Below are positions 49,353 through 59,056 of a stretch of 64,000 bases of DNA, piece by piece. The number at the start of each line of letters is the position of its first letter. Within the stretch, counting starts at the first letter, position 1. The notes beneath the pieces are model-generated. The model was given only the letters and a program-made list of their open reading frames with translations, searched no databases and was not told where the DNA came from. Source of the DNA: a virus. The translations under genes were made by a program, and so were the position numbers. The stretch lies in IMG/VR virus record IMGVR_UViG_3300042519_001698; one strand, written 5' to 3'.

Positions 49353-50333
49353 TTATAGATCACTTTCTTCTGTTACAACTTCCACGTCTTCGATGTCTGT
49401 AACATTAACACCTAACATCTTACTGATGTAATCACCACACTCTTTTTTGTACTCTTCGAGAGATTTCTTTTCTTCTCCTTCTTCTCGTCCTGCCATAAAT
49501 CCGTGTGATGTAACCAAGATACGTCCATCTTCATATCCCAAACCATTAATGTGGTTCTTCATAATAGAGATTTTTGTTCTTGTTGCGATTTTAACTTTTC
49601 TCTTATCTTTTGTGATTGAGATTTTAGTTGTACCCGCACCTTTTTGATTACCAAATAAGAATACAATACTCGAGTTTAACCAAATCGCTTCTCCACCTTT
49701 TGCTTTAATCTTAGGTTGTCCGAAAGGATTATCAGGTAATTCTACCCAAGGTTGGTTAACAATGATTAATGTATTCGTATAAGGTTTATCTGTTCTTCTT
49801 GAACCTGAAATACGTTGGTTGATACCCATTCCAATTTTGTCAGCTAATACCGACGCATTGTGTTGTTTACCACCTTTACCATCGTAAGTCATTTTACAAG
49901 GAACTGAACCTACTGAATCCCAAAGAATTAATAAATCGTGAGGTAAATCTCCTTTCTCTTGTGCGTCTAATAATTCATTGATATATTCTGTAATTTGTTC
50001 AATATATTCAAAATCACTATTAAAAAGATAATCTCCATTTCTATCGAAACCCATCAATTCGGCGTGGTCCCAACTCCATTTTTGTTCTGTGATAATAAAC
50101 ACAGGAACAATGTTTTTCTTTTGTGCATCTACCGCTGACTTTACAAGTGCCGTTGTTTTACCCGTATCACTATGTCCTAATAACATATTGATGTGTCCCA
50201 TTGCAGGACCGGGTATACCCGTTGCATCTAAGAAAGCATCACCCAAATCAAAGAAACGGTCTGCTTTATATTCGGCCTCTTTAGAGAATTTCTTCTTAAT
50301 TGCAGAAAAGTCTGTTTTTTTTATACCTGCCAT
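49353..50333 (-). CDS. uvsX: RecA/UvsX-like recombinase
   Basis: GHSDTGKT Walker A, LILWDSVG, IIVNQ, GGEA, IMKNH. Confidence 0.9.
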   Translation of the reverse strand: MAGIKKTDFSAIKKKFSKEAEYKADRFFDLGDAFLDATGIPGPAMGHINMLLGHSDTGKTTALVKSAVDAQKKNIVPVFIITEQKWSWDHAELMGFDRNGDYLFNSDFEYIEQITEYINELLDAQEKGDLPHDLLILWDSVGSVPCKMTYDGKGGKQHNASVLADKIGMGINQRISGSRRTDKPYTNTLIIVNQPWVELPDNPFGQPKIKAKGGEAIWLNSSIVFLFGNQKGAGTTKISITKDKRKVKIATRTKISIMKNHINGLGYEDGRILVTSHGFMAGREEGEEKKSLEEYKKECGDYISKMLGVNVTDIEDVEVVTEESDL

Positions 50334-50351
50334 GTTGTTGTTTTTTAAAAT

Positions 50352-50381
50352 GATGTTCCCGACATTGGTGTCGGGAACATC
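50352..50381 (-). terminator. Perfect 13-bp hairpin after the SSB gene (terminator or processing site)
   Basis: GATGTTCCCGACA-CCAA-TGTCGGGAACATC followed by only a short AUUUU. Confidence 0.6.
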
Positions 50382-50390
50382 TTAAATTAA

Positions 50391-51239
50391 TTAGAATGGT
50401 AATTCACTATCTGTGTCATCATCCGCTTGTGGGTCAACCACAGGTGTAGATGATTTTACATTTCCGATTGTTTCCTCACCAGTTGTGTTGTTACTTGAAA
50501 CCCATTTGTTTTGGTTTGTGTCCCAACGTGGAGCTTCGCCATTTGCAACCATTTCAAGATAATCTTCACCTTTCTTAGAATAAACATCAGACCAAACTGT
50601 CTCATCATCTAACCACGCTTTAGCAACGTCACTATCAGAATGTAATACACTTGAATCGTCATTTAATACTGAATTAATAACTGTGTATTCTTTACCCGTT
50701 CCTGCTTTTGTTAAAGTTAAAGATAAGATTAAGTCACGTCCATTTTCAGGACTTGTAACGTCACCTTTGTTACGGAAGATTGGGAAGATTTTATCAATAA
50801 CACCATCACCTTTGTGATTATGTTTAAATCTCCAAAACTTAACCCCGTCGTTTTCATGGTCGCGGTCGATAACCTTAACAATGTAAAACTTACGAGAGCG
50901 GTAGTTACGTGCTAATTCACGGTCAGACTCAACTCCTGTTTGCATTAAACTGTCATGAACCTCATTTAATGGGGAACGTTTTCCTTCTTGTTTAGGGTCA
51001 TATAATTTAACCCACTTTCCATCCACCTGAACTTCGTGGAAATAAACCTCAACAAATGGTGAACCACCATCTTTTGTAGGTAAAATACGAATACGTCTTT
51101 CTTCTCCCTTAGAACCCTTAGGTAATACGGTAGTGAAATAACGCTTCATTCTGTCCTCTGAGGACATTTTGTTAGAATTGCCACTTGTGGCGTTTTTGTT
51201 TTTCTCGTACTGTGCTAGTACTGCATCAAATGTTGACAT
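50391..51239 (-). CDS. Single-stranded DNA-binding protein (T4 gp32-like)
   Basis: RIRILP, F.EVYFHE, FYIVKVIDR, GRDL.L and acidic tail DDDTDSELPF. Confidence 0.88.
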   Translation of the reverse strand: MSTFDAVLAQYEKNKNATSGNSNKMSSEDRMKRYFTTVLPKGSKGEERRIRILPTKDGGSPFVEVYFHEVQVDGKWVKLYDPKQEGKRSPLNEVHDSLMQTGVESDRELARNYRSRKFYIVKVIDRDHENDGVKFWRFKHNHKGDGVIDKIFPIFRNKGDVTSPENGRDLILSLTLTKAGTGKEYTVINSVLNDDSSVLHSDSDVAKAWLDDETVWSDVYSKKGEDYLEMVANGEAPRWDTNQNKWVSSNNTTGEETIGNVKSSTPVVDPQADDDTDSELPF

Positions 51240-51277
51240 AATTAAGAATTTTTATTTATAAAACTGTTATAGTAAAT

Positions 51278-51313
51278 TATAAATAAAAAAACCCGAATTA
51301 CGAAATCCGGGTT
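51278..51313 (-). terminator. Intrinsic terminator whose U-tract runs into a TATTTATA motif (51278-51285)
   Basis: Minus strand: AACCCGGAUU-UCGU-AAUUCGGGUU plus a U-tract; the G-U wobble fixes the strand. Confidence 0.85.
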
Positions 51314-51337
51314 CAAGTTTTTTTAAAAAGTCTTAAA

Positions 51338-51565
51338 TTACCATCTAATAACGTAATCGTTGTTTGTACCCATGAAATTATTTTTGGTACTTACTTTATA
51401 TCCGTAATTATCCAATGTGGTTAAAATTTGTTCGTTAATATATCTAGGGTCTATTGTAATTTGATATAATCCCTGTGCCGTTGCTGAGGTTATTAAACCA
51501 TCTATGTATGATAATGAACCCGTGGCGGTATTTGACGCTGTTCTTGCTGCTGAACCTGATTGCAT
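51338..51565 (-). CDS. Small hypothetical protein
   Basis: 75 aa ORF followed by a terminator. Confidence 0.7.
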   Translation of the reverse strand: MQSGSAARTASNTATGSLSYIDGLITSATAQGLYQITIDPRYINEQILTTLDNYGYKVSTKNNFMGTNNDYVIRW

Positions 51566-51578
51566 ATTATATTTGTTT

Positions 51579-51950
51579 TTATTCTAATGTTAATAAATAT
51601 CCTAGTTTATTAATCAAACCTAAAATCTCATCTCTGATGTTTAATAGGTTTGTGTCTGTTTCGTCAAGTTGTGATGTAAATTGTACTAATGCTTCTCTTA
51701 ATGTGTTTATAAATCCTTTCATATCTAATTCAGATAGATTTACCAATTCAATGGTTTTAGTTTCGTCGTCTAATATAAAACGACCATACTTTCCCATAGC
51801 CTCTTCAACATACCTATCTACCAATTCAAGTAATTCATCAAATGTAGACCCAAAAGCATTATGACGAGCAAACCCTTTGGTTTGCCAATGATTAACCTTA
51901 AGTTGCATTTGTAACCCCAAAAAGAAATTTACATTAGAACTTAAATTCAT
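51579..51950 (-). CDS. Ferritin/Dps-like four-helix protein (DUF5856-like)
   Basis: NHWQT..FARH.AF...FDEL...VD.Y.E resembles Dps ferroxidase helices. Confidence 0.75.
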   Translation of the reverse strand: MNLSSNVNFFLGLQMQLKVNHWQTKGFARHNAFGSTFDELLELVDRYVEEAMGKYGRFILDDETKTIELVNLSELDMKGFINTLREALVQFTSQLDETDTNLLNIRDEILGLINKLGYLLTLE

Positions 51951-52611
51951 CTTCTTCAGTTTCCGGATTAAATGATTTTCTTATTTGGTCAACGGGGTAG
52001 TTACTTACCTCATCTTTAGTTAAAACATATTCGTTTTTACCACTTGCTCTCATTTCACCTTGTTTGTGAGCAAAGAATTCTTGTGGTTTTTCGTTAAATG
52101 GATATGAATCCAAAGAACGCATTTCCAATTTTTCAACTTCACTTTTAGGTTTTACCTCATCAATTTTAGATCCTAATTGGTCAATTCTTGAAACCAATTG
52201 GTCCATTTGAGCCAATTTAACTTCAAGTTCTCCTAATTTAGAAAAAACGTCATCCATCTTACCAATAAGGTTTCCTTGGTCTTGTTGTTTATCCTCTAAA
52301 TCTTTTTTGATACTTTTGGTCATATCAACTAAGTCTGTAATATCAATTTCTTCTGTTGAGTCTCCTCCCATTGCGTCGGGAGCCGGTGGCATTCCACCGT
52401 CAGCGGGTGGTATACCAGCATCTGGTGCTGGTGGTACATCTCCACCTAATGGTGCGTCCGCCGCCGCTGCGTCTGCTGGAGGTGCCGCTAATGGGTCTTC
52501 AACAGGTGCTTCAGGTGCTGGTGGAACGTCTTGTTCCATTATCATCGTTTTACCATATTTGTTAATGGCTTTATAACGATTTAATTCTTCTTGTAGTTTT
52601 TGCTCTAACAT
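51934..52611 (-). CDS. Acidic Pro/Ala-rich disordered protein with coiled coil (possible head scaffold/internal protein)
   Basis: ATG at 52611 preferred (MLEQKLQEE); PPAPEAP...DAPLGG tract and coiled coil. Function is inferred only. Confidence 0.7.
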   Translation of the reverse strand: MLEQKLQEELNRYKAINKYGKTMIMEQDVPPAPEAPVEDPLAAPPADAAAADAPLGGDVPPAPDAGIPPADGGMPPAPDAMGGDSTEEIDITDLVDMTKSIKKDLEDKQQDQGNLIGKMDDVFSKLGELEVKLAQMDQLVSRIDQLGSKIDEVKPKSEVEKLEMRSLDSYPFNEKPQEFFAHKQGEMRASGKNEYVLTKDEVSNYPVDQIRKSFNPETEEDEFKF

Positions 52612-52615
52612 AGTA

Positions 52616-52819
52616 TTAATCTTGTAATAATTGTCTACCATCGTTGGTAACATATTTTTTATTTATTCTTTCAACAATTCCGTCTTTTTCTCTAATTGTG
52701 TAACATTCTCCCGTCATTAAATCACATTCTTCTCTTTCCATACCATCACTTGACGTTCTTTTAGTCTGTTTAGGACTTAAAAATTGGTCCATTGCGTCGT
52801 TTATTTTATTATTTTCCAT
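52616..52819 (-). CDS. Small hypothetical protein
   Basis: 67 aa; TATTTATA lies 16 nt upstream. Confidence 0.7.
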   Translation of the reverse strand: MENNKINDAMDQFLSPKQTKRTSSDGMEREECDLMTGECYTIREKDGIVERINKKYVTNDGRQLLQD

Positions 52820-52835
52820 AATGTTCTTTTATATG

Positions 52836-52843
52836 TATAAATA
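52836..52843 (-). promoter_or_regulatory. TATTTATA putative late-promoter motif
   Basis: 16 nt upstream of the ATG at 52819. Confidence 0.5.
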
Positions 52844-52866
52844 TCCTAAGTTTTATTAATATTCAT

Positions 52867-55800
52867 TTAAACCAATTTAAAATAAACAAAGTCACCGTTA
52901 TTGATACCTAATTGTTTGAATAATTCATTAGATAATGAAATACCATATGTGTCAGAATCGGGTCCAATGTTAACCGCACCACTTATATTTGTTTTACTTA
53001 TCATTTCAGTATTTGGGGTTGGGTCTATTTTAACTCTAATACCTTTACCGTTATCACCATCTGGATTTAAGAAAACCGTTGTTGCATTAACAATAAAGTC
53101 CGCAACATTCATATTTGATAATTTTTTATTGGTTATATCAAATTTGGTTGAGTAGAATAGATTTTTACTATCCTTAATATCTTCCCATAAAATTTTACCT
53201 GTATTAATTGAAGTAATCATAGAATTGTAATTACCAAGAACTTGTCGATTAACTAATTTATTAATAATCTGCATTTCATTTGAATCTTGTAATACGTTAT
53301 CCTTACTTCCCATTCTGACAGCTTTAGCCTTATAAAAACTTTCACCTTTATATGTAACTTTTTGTATTCCTTTAATATTTTTATACCCGTTAAATGGAAT
53401 ACCATATAAATCTAAATCCTTATCCAATTCTAATTTCTCATCATTGTTTGGTATTGTATTTCCATTATCGATTGTACCCGTACCGTTAGGTGTGGTTATT
53501 GTTTGTTCGGTGGTTGGTTTTGGTGCCGTTTCTTGTTTAAATTTAGTTAAAGCATTCATTGTTATTTTATCAAACAATGATTTATAACTAGATGTGAATG
53601 AATCTTCAAATGTTGGTAATGCTTCTTTAGGGATACGAGTACCTTTAAAATTAGTGGTGATTTTATTACCCTTAACATTATGACTAACTTCAGTTATCCA
53701 ATATGTTCCCTTAAAAATTGGAATATTTTTTAGATAAAAATACATCGTTGGTTGAATCATGACACAACCCATCATTGTAATTTCACAACTATATGATGCT
53801 TGTCTATATACCTCATATAGATTACTATCAATTTGATAAGCCGCGGCACCTGTTGCTGAACGACCCATATTTTCATAAATCTTAAAGGTTTCAGTTGTGT
53901 TCTTAATTGTATCTTGAGATACTTGAACTCCTTTAAAAATTCCCTGATTTTGGTCACCAACACTAATATCAAAAGCGACGACTTTATTTGACCTTGCCAT
54001 ATTTTCAGCTGAGAAAATTTCAGGGTTAGTTAAAATCATAGGGTTGTTAACATTACTACCAATATCATGACTGTCATCATTGAATTTATAATCAGGACTA
54101 ATATCTGATAAATCCGGATTTTTAGAAGTTGTATTAATATATTGAATTATAATTTTAGGTGACGATTCTTCATAGTCAACATCTAAAAATGTTCCGAAAA
54201 CCGAACTTGCAGCCTCTCTAGATGATTTGATTTTTTGTTTGGACCCTGAAAAATTTGTTCCGTAAAAATTAACATATGCAGGCATTGGTTTCATGTCAAA
54301 ACCTTGATTATCACCAATTAACATATTACAAACACTATATAAATCTATAGAACCGTTTTCTGTCATTTCTAAATCTATTAATTTGGTTATATCGATATAT
54401 GCTAAATCACCAATATCTCTATTTGCCCTATCTAAAAATAAAAATTCTTCCAACATTGATTTTTGACCAATTGAGTTACCTGAAGCCCATTTGTCATTGA
54501 ATGATTTAAAATAATTGTATAAATCTAATTTGGTAGCATCGTTATTAAAACCCTTAAGGTCTAAAGCGTTTAGTGGATTTCCTTTACCTTTAAAAGTGAT
54601 ATCATTTAATTTTATTATAAATTGAATCAGGTATGTACCAAAATTAGTCAAATATGGTGTTAACATATTAGTAACCAAGTATTCTTTAAATCCTGTTTTT
54701 GTTGTGAATTTATTAGCTTTAAATCCGCCAGCAAAAATGTAAATTAAAGGTCTAAACCTTTTTATATTTTCTTCACTAAATTCAACATCACAAATTGTAA
54801 AAAATTTCAAATAATTACCATCTAAATCTTCACCCACATATAGTTTAAAGTACTCCGAAGTTCCTGGTGTATATTCTAACGCAACAGTTGTACCTGTTGT
54901 TATTTGTGAAGATTCAAACTTTTCATATGATAATGTTGTATTCGGATTGTTACCACTAAACCCTTCTAATATGTGACTATTCATTTCTCTTGGATTTGCA
55001 ATAGTGATTTTAATCATATTATCAGAACTAAGTAAATCTTTCGTTATACTCTTTAATTTAATTTCTTGTTGTTCTCTAATTGAACCAATGATAACCTCAT
55101 GGTCGGTTTCGTCATTACTAATAATTGGGACAGTAACAATATCTTTTAATAATTCTTGGAAATTTTGATACTTTACTTCATGTCGTTTATTATCTTCTTC
55201 TAAAAGTGTTTCAAACGAGTATGTTTTTACTTCAACATTTTGACTGTCGGAAGCGAATTCTAAAAAATAATTTTCAAATGATTCTAATACCTCATGATTA
55301 AATGTTGCAATTAAATCCATTACCTTACGATATGTTCCACTTAAATAAAAACTATTGTCGGTTAAATTACTTCTTTCTTCAGATGTGTCTAAACTTAAAA
55401 GATATTCATTTGGTCCGTTAAATGTAACACCACTATAATCTTTAGTTATTTTTTCATCTGAATTCCAAATAACTCTAAATGAACTTTGTTCGTCTTTTGA
55501 AAAAACACCATCATAATTTTCTAACGCATTTGATCCGTCAGATGGTAGTAACGTGTAAAAACTTTCAGTTCTTAAACTTAATTCATTATTTTTAATCCAA
55601 TTGGTGTAATATCTTAAATTTTTATTTTTTCTAACCCTACTGTAGTGTCCTTTATTAGGTTGTGTTCTATCATAATATGAAGCAACGTCATTAACATCAT
55701 AAAATGTGTAATCATGAATAATTTGGTGGAATATAGCATCGTAGAATGGGTGAACACCTAATTCGGTTTTTTCACTATGTTTAAGTCCTAAGTAATTGTC

Positions 55801-58743
55801 AAATATTGGGTCGTGAAAAACGTTATCTAATACATCAATACTTAAATCACCAAAAGTATGTCCACTATTATTATCAAAAAATGTACTTCCTGAAATTGGT
55901 GTTGTAATTCCTGATAGAATATCTTCATTTTCAAGTAACTTCTTTTTATATCTGTGATATAATGAGCCCCATTTCAACATCAAGTGATACGGTACATAAT
56001 GTGTTGATGCAACCTCTTTAAACATATCAGAAATTCTAACACTTGTCATTCTTTCATTAAAAATGATGGTGTCTTCTAAATTTTTATATGGTAAAGAATT
56101 TAATAAAAGGTATGCTGACCCCGCATATTTTCCGTATAATTTTCCGTTTGTAAAATCTTTATAAAGTTGTTTATGGAAATATGGTGTATTAAGTACATTT
56201 ACAAATTCACCATCACTAATTTTCAATGTGTAGTTAAACATGTTTTCAAGGTAAGAACCTTTAACCCATGGTGTTGTTTCGTTTGGTGTATTAATGAATC
56301 CTTTTTTTGTTTCAACCCTGAATAAATCAAGATATGTTAAATTAGACCTATCGTATGATGGTTTATTTATGTATGAAAGGTATTCATCAGAATTGAATGG
56401 GTAAACATTTGTTCGGTATTCTTCTGATTTATAGTTTTGTAACTCTTTAGATAATTCAGGATACTCTTTATCGTTATCTACGTTTAGTTTTTCAGTATAG
56501 TTTGCTGTGATGTCAAACGTATTTTGTAAAACATTTTGAATACTCATAGTTGTATCCATATTATCCAAATAATAAAGATATCTATCGTTAGGTGAAAAAG
56601 CTTGGATGTAATCTTTTAACTTTTGAACATCCTGTACTTTCTTTAAAACTTCAATGATGTCATAATCCTCCTCAAATGTATTTTTTATATTATCAAATTC
56701 AATATTAGCTAATTCAATATATGATGTTTTTGTAAATGGATTTATAAAACTGATATATTTTCCTCTTTCATAAATTTCATATAATATAGATGCTAAACTC
56801 TTATCCGTATATGGAATTTTACCAACAATAAGATTTAATAAATCTGAAACTGGTTTAATTTGATTTGAATCCTTATCGTCTTCAAAAATTAAATTTGTTT
56901 TAGTTACTCCACCTTCCTTATCGGCTAACGTATCTTCTTTTTTAGTAATAATACTAATATATGTTTCTAAGAAATCAATCTCAGGCCATAATATTTTATC
57001 GTTTGTCTGTAATATTTCAACTAAATCACTCGAACCAGGATAAGCAAGTTCATTTTGATTGGTTTTAAATGATGGTTTAGTAATTTTAGGCCATGGGTAT
57101 ATTGAATCCCCATCTTTAGCTTCATTACTATATTCTTTTGTTATAAGTTTTTTTCTTTCGGGTCCGATTTCAAAAGCTTTAAAATGGACATCTTTAAGAA
57201 AACGTACATATACCTCGGCATTTGCTAAAACAACCGCAAACACGTTTCTAATGGTTGGGTCAAATCCCAATCCATTAGTTTTATCTTTAACCACTTCATT
57301 CATCTTTCGTTCAATTGTCGTTTGAACTTTGTCTCTTTCTGTGTTAAAGTTTTTTTGTAAATCATACACATCCTTAACTAATGAAGCATAATTTACCGCG
57401 ATATGGTTGGTGTCGGGATTGTCTAGTACTTTATAATAACTCTTTACGTCACTCTTAACATTATTGATTATATCTAATCTGAGTTTTTTTGATATGTCAC
57501 TATTTGTGTCCTTATTTTGTAATCTAATATATGTTATAATTTTTTCAATTTCCTTGTTGTAAAAATTTATCTGATATTCTAATGTTTTAGCCTCCTTAGG
57601 ACCTAAAATATTTATTGTTTCCGTTTTATCTTGACTCGATAATTTAAAATATTTAATACCGTTTTCAACATAAACATCATTACTCAAATATAGAATTGTC
57701 CACGCCTTTATACTATCAACAAAATTTTGTATAACACCTTCTAATTCTTTTAGACCACCAAAAACTTTATAATCTACGGAACTTCCAAATATTTGTTTTT
57801 CTAAAATACTATCTAATCTTTTAGCCTTACTTATTAACTCACGTAAAGTTAAAACGGGAAAATCCTTAGAGATTAATCCTTTGGTTTTATACTCATTGTA
57901 AATTGAAGTTAAAAGAGAATAACCTTTAGATGACTTTGAAATTCTTTTTGTTATTATCTTATCTTTATCGTTTGTTTTTACGTCCACACTTTTTTCAATA
58001 TAATAAAGGTATGGTGCTGCGAGAATACCATTCAAAGGTATTTCAGAAAAGTAAGCGTAGGTTTGTCCAACAAATGTACATGTTATATCAAAATTACCAT
58101 TACCATCATTATACTTTGACGTAAATGATGTCATGTGTAATCTATATCTAATCGCCTTACCGTAATAACCCTTGATTGTTAGGTAAAATATTGGCCACGG
58201 TAAATGAAAAAATGATGCATATGGTGAATTTTGTTCTCCACTCATTAATGTCTTACCTCTAACATCGACAAAATTAATAGACACTTTAGGTAAACCAATT
58301 GCGTTTACTGTCATTGAAATACTATCAATTCCAAAACCTTGTCCGGAACTATCCATATTATTGGGTACGTTAGGAAAAATACCAGTAAGCGCACCGACCA
58401 CTAAATTTATTACTTCATCTTTTTCTGTATATGCTTTTGGGTTAAAATAATCAGTCCAAGAGGTGTCAAAATCTTTACCGTTTTGATTACTCATTAAATT
58501 TAAAGTACCACCAGCAATAGAACTTAATCTACCCTTTCCCTTTTCATCTGAAACGGATAATACTGTTCTTGGTATCAAATCAGCTTCCAAATTTACAAAC
58601 ATAACCAACTTTTCAGGGTTGGTGTGTCTTGGTTCTACTAAATTATCTTCATTAACGACAGAATTTGGGTCTATACAAATTACGTTGTTTTCATCTAATC
58701 TAATATGTAAATTTTCAGTCTCTTGTATTTTATTGTTCCCCAT
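52867..58743 (-). CDS. Baseplate hub-like protein (gp27/VgrG-type barrel motifs split by a large insertion)
   Basis: N-terminal FVDVRG...FYLTIKGYYG...FDITCTFVG; late SCEITMMG...IQP...KGTYWITEVSH...TTNFKGTR; follows a LysM-like gene. Confidence 0.7.
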   Translation of the reverse strand: MGNNKIQETENLHIRLDENNVICIDPNSVVNEDNLVEPRHTNPEKLVMFVNLEADLIPRTVLSVSDEKGKGRLSSIAGGTLNLMSNQNGKDFDTSWTDYFNPKAYTEKDEVINLVVGALTGIFPNVPNNMDSSGQGFGIDSISMTVNAIGLPKVSINFVDVRGKTLMSGEQNSPYASFFHLPWPIFYLTIKGYYGKAIRYRLHMTSFTSKYNDGNGNFDITCTFVGQTYAYFSEIPLNGILAAPYLYYIEKSVDVKTNDKDKIITKRISKSSKGYSLLTSIYNEYKTKGLISKDFPVLTLRELISKAKRLDSILEKQIFGSSVDYKVFGGLKELEGVIQNFVDSIKAWTILYLSNDVYVENGIKYFKLSSQDKTETINILGPKEAKTLEYQINFYNKEIEKIITYIRLQNKDTNSDISKKLRLDIINNVKSDVKSYYKVLDNPDTNHIAVNYASLVKDVYDLQKNFNTERDKVQTTIERKMNEVVKDKTNGLGFDPTIRNVFAVVLANAEVYVRFLKDVHFKAFEIGPERKKLITKEYSNEAKDGDSIYPWPKITKPSFKTNQNELAYPGSSDLVEILQTNDKILWPEIDFLETYISIITKKEDTLADKEGGVTKTNLIFEDDKDSNQIKPVSDLLNLIVGKIPYTDKSLASILYEIYERGKYISFINPFTKTSYIELANIEFDNIKNTFEEDYDIIEVLKKVQDVQKLKDYIQAFSPNDRYLYYLDNMDTTMSIQNVLQNTFDITANYTEKLNVDNDKEYPELSKELQNYKSEEYRTNVYPFNSDEYLSYINKPSYDRSNLTYLDLFRVETKKGFINTPNETTPWVKGSYLENMFNYTLKISDGEFVNVLNTPYFHKQLYKDFTNGKLYGKYAGSAYLLLNSLPYKNLEDTIIFNERMTSVRISDMFKEVASTHYVPYHLMLKWGSLYHRYKKKLLENEDILSGITTPISGSTFFDNNSGHTFGDLSIDVLDNVFHDPIFDNYLGLKHSEKTELGVHPFYDAIFHQIIHDYTFYDVNDVASYYDRTQPNKGHYSRVRKNKNLRYYTNWIKNNELSLRTESFYTLLPSDGSNALENYDGVFSKDEQSSFRVIWNSDEKITKDYSGVTFNGPNEYLLSLDTSEERSNLTDNSFYLSGTYRKVMDLIATFNHEVLESFENYFLEFASDSQNVEVKTYSFETLLEEDNKRHEVKYQNFQELLKDIVTVPIISNDETDHEVIIGSIREQQEIKLKSITKDLLSSDNMIKITIANPREMNSHILEGFSGNNPNTTLSYEKFESSQITTGTTVALEYTPGTSEYFKLYVGEDLDGNYLKFFTICDVEFSEENIKRFRPLIYIFAGGFKANKFTTKTGFKEYLVTNMLTPYLTNFGTYLIQFIIKLNDITFKGKGNPLNALDLKGFNNDATKLDLYNYFKSFNDKWASGNSIGQKSMLEEFLFLDRANRDIGDLAYIDITKLIDLEMTENGSIDLYSVCNMLIGDNQGFDMKPMPAYVNFYGTNFSGSKQKIKSSREAASSVFGTFLDVDYEESSPKIIIQYINTTSKNPDLSDISPDYKFNDDSHDIGSNVNNPMILTNPEIFSAENMARSNKVVAFDISVGDQNQGIFKGVQVSQDTIKNTTETFKIYENMGRSATGAAAYQIDSNLYEVYRQASYSCEITMMGCVMIQPTMYFYLKNIPIFKGTYWITEVSHNVKGNKITTNFKGTRIPKEALPTFEDSFTSSYKSLFDKITMNALTKFKQETAPKPTTEQTITTPNGTGTIDNGNTIPNNDEKLELDKDLDLYGIPFNGYKNIKGIQKVTYKGESFYKAKAVRMGSKDNVLQDSNEMQIINKLVNRQVLGNYNSMITSINTGKILWEDIKDSKNLFYSTKFDITNKKLSNMNVADFIVNATTVFLNPDGDNGKGIRVKIDPTPNTEMISKTNISGAVNIGPDSDTYGISLSNELFKQLGINNGDFVYFKLV

Positions 58744-59056
58744 AATATAAGTTATACAATTCTACACCACTTTTATAATCTTGTAAAGAGGTAATTAATG
58801 GAAATGGTATTCTTAAGTATGAATTGTCGGGTATTGTGAATTCTAAACCACCTACTGATGGATTTGCTTGTAAAATTAACCAACCAAATAACGGTGTACC
58901 ATAATATTCTTGTGATACCTTATCTAATCTGTCTTTACCTTTTTTATATTGTAAGTATTTGTCGGTTCCTTTTATTGGTAATTCAATTCCTGGTACAATT
59001 CTAAATCCTCCGTCTTTTAAAAATAGTTGGTATCTATTGAAATATTGTCTACTCAT
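58730..59056 (-). CDS. LysM/gp53-like baseplate protein
   Basis: KDRLDKVSQEYYGTPLFGWLILQANP...LRIP. Confidence 0.85.
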   Translation of the reverse strand: MSRQYFNRYQLFLKDGGFRIVPGIELPIKGTDKYLQYKKGKDRLDKVSQEYYGTPLFGWLILQANPSVGGLEFTIPDNSYLRIPFPLITSLQDYKSGVELYNLYYGEQ

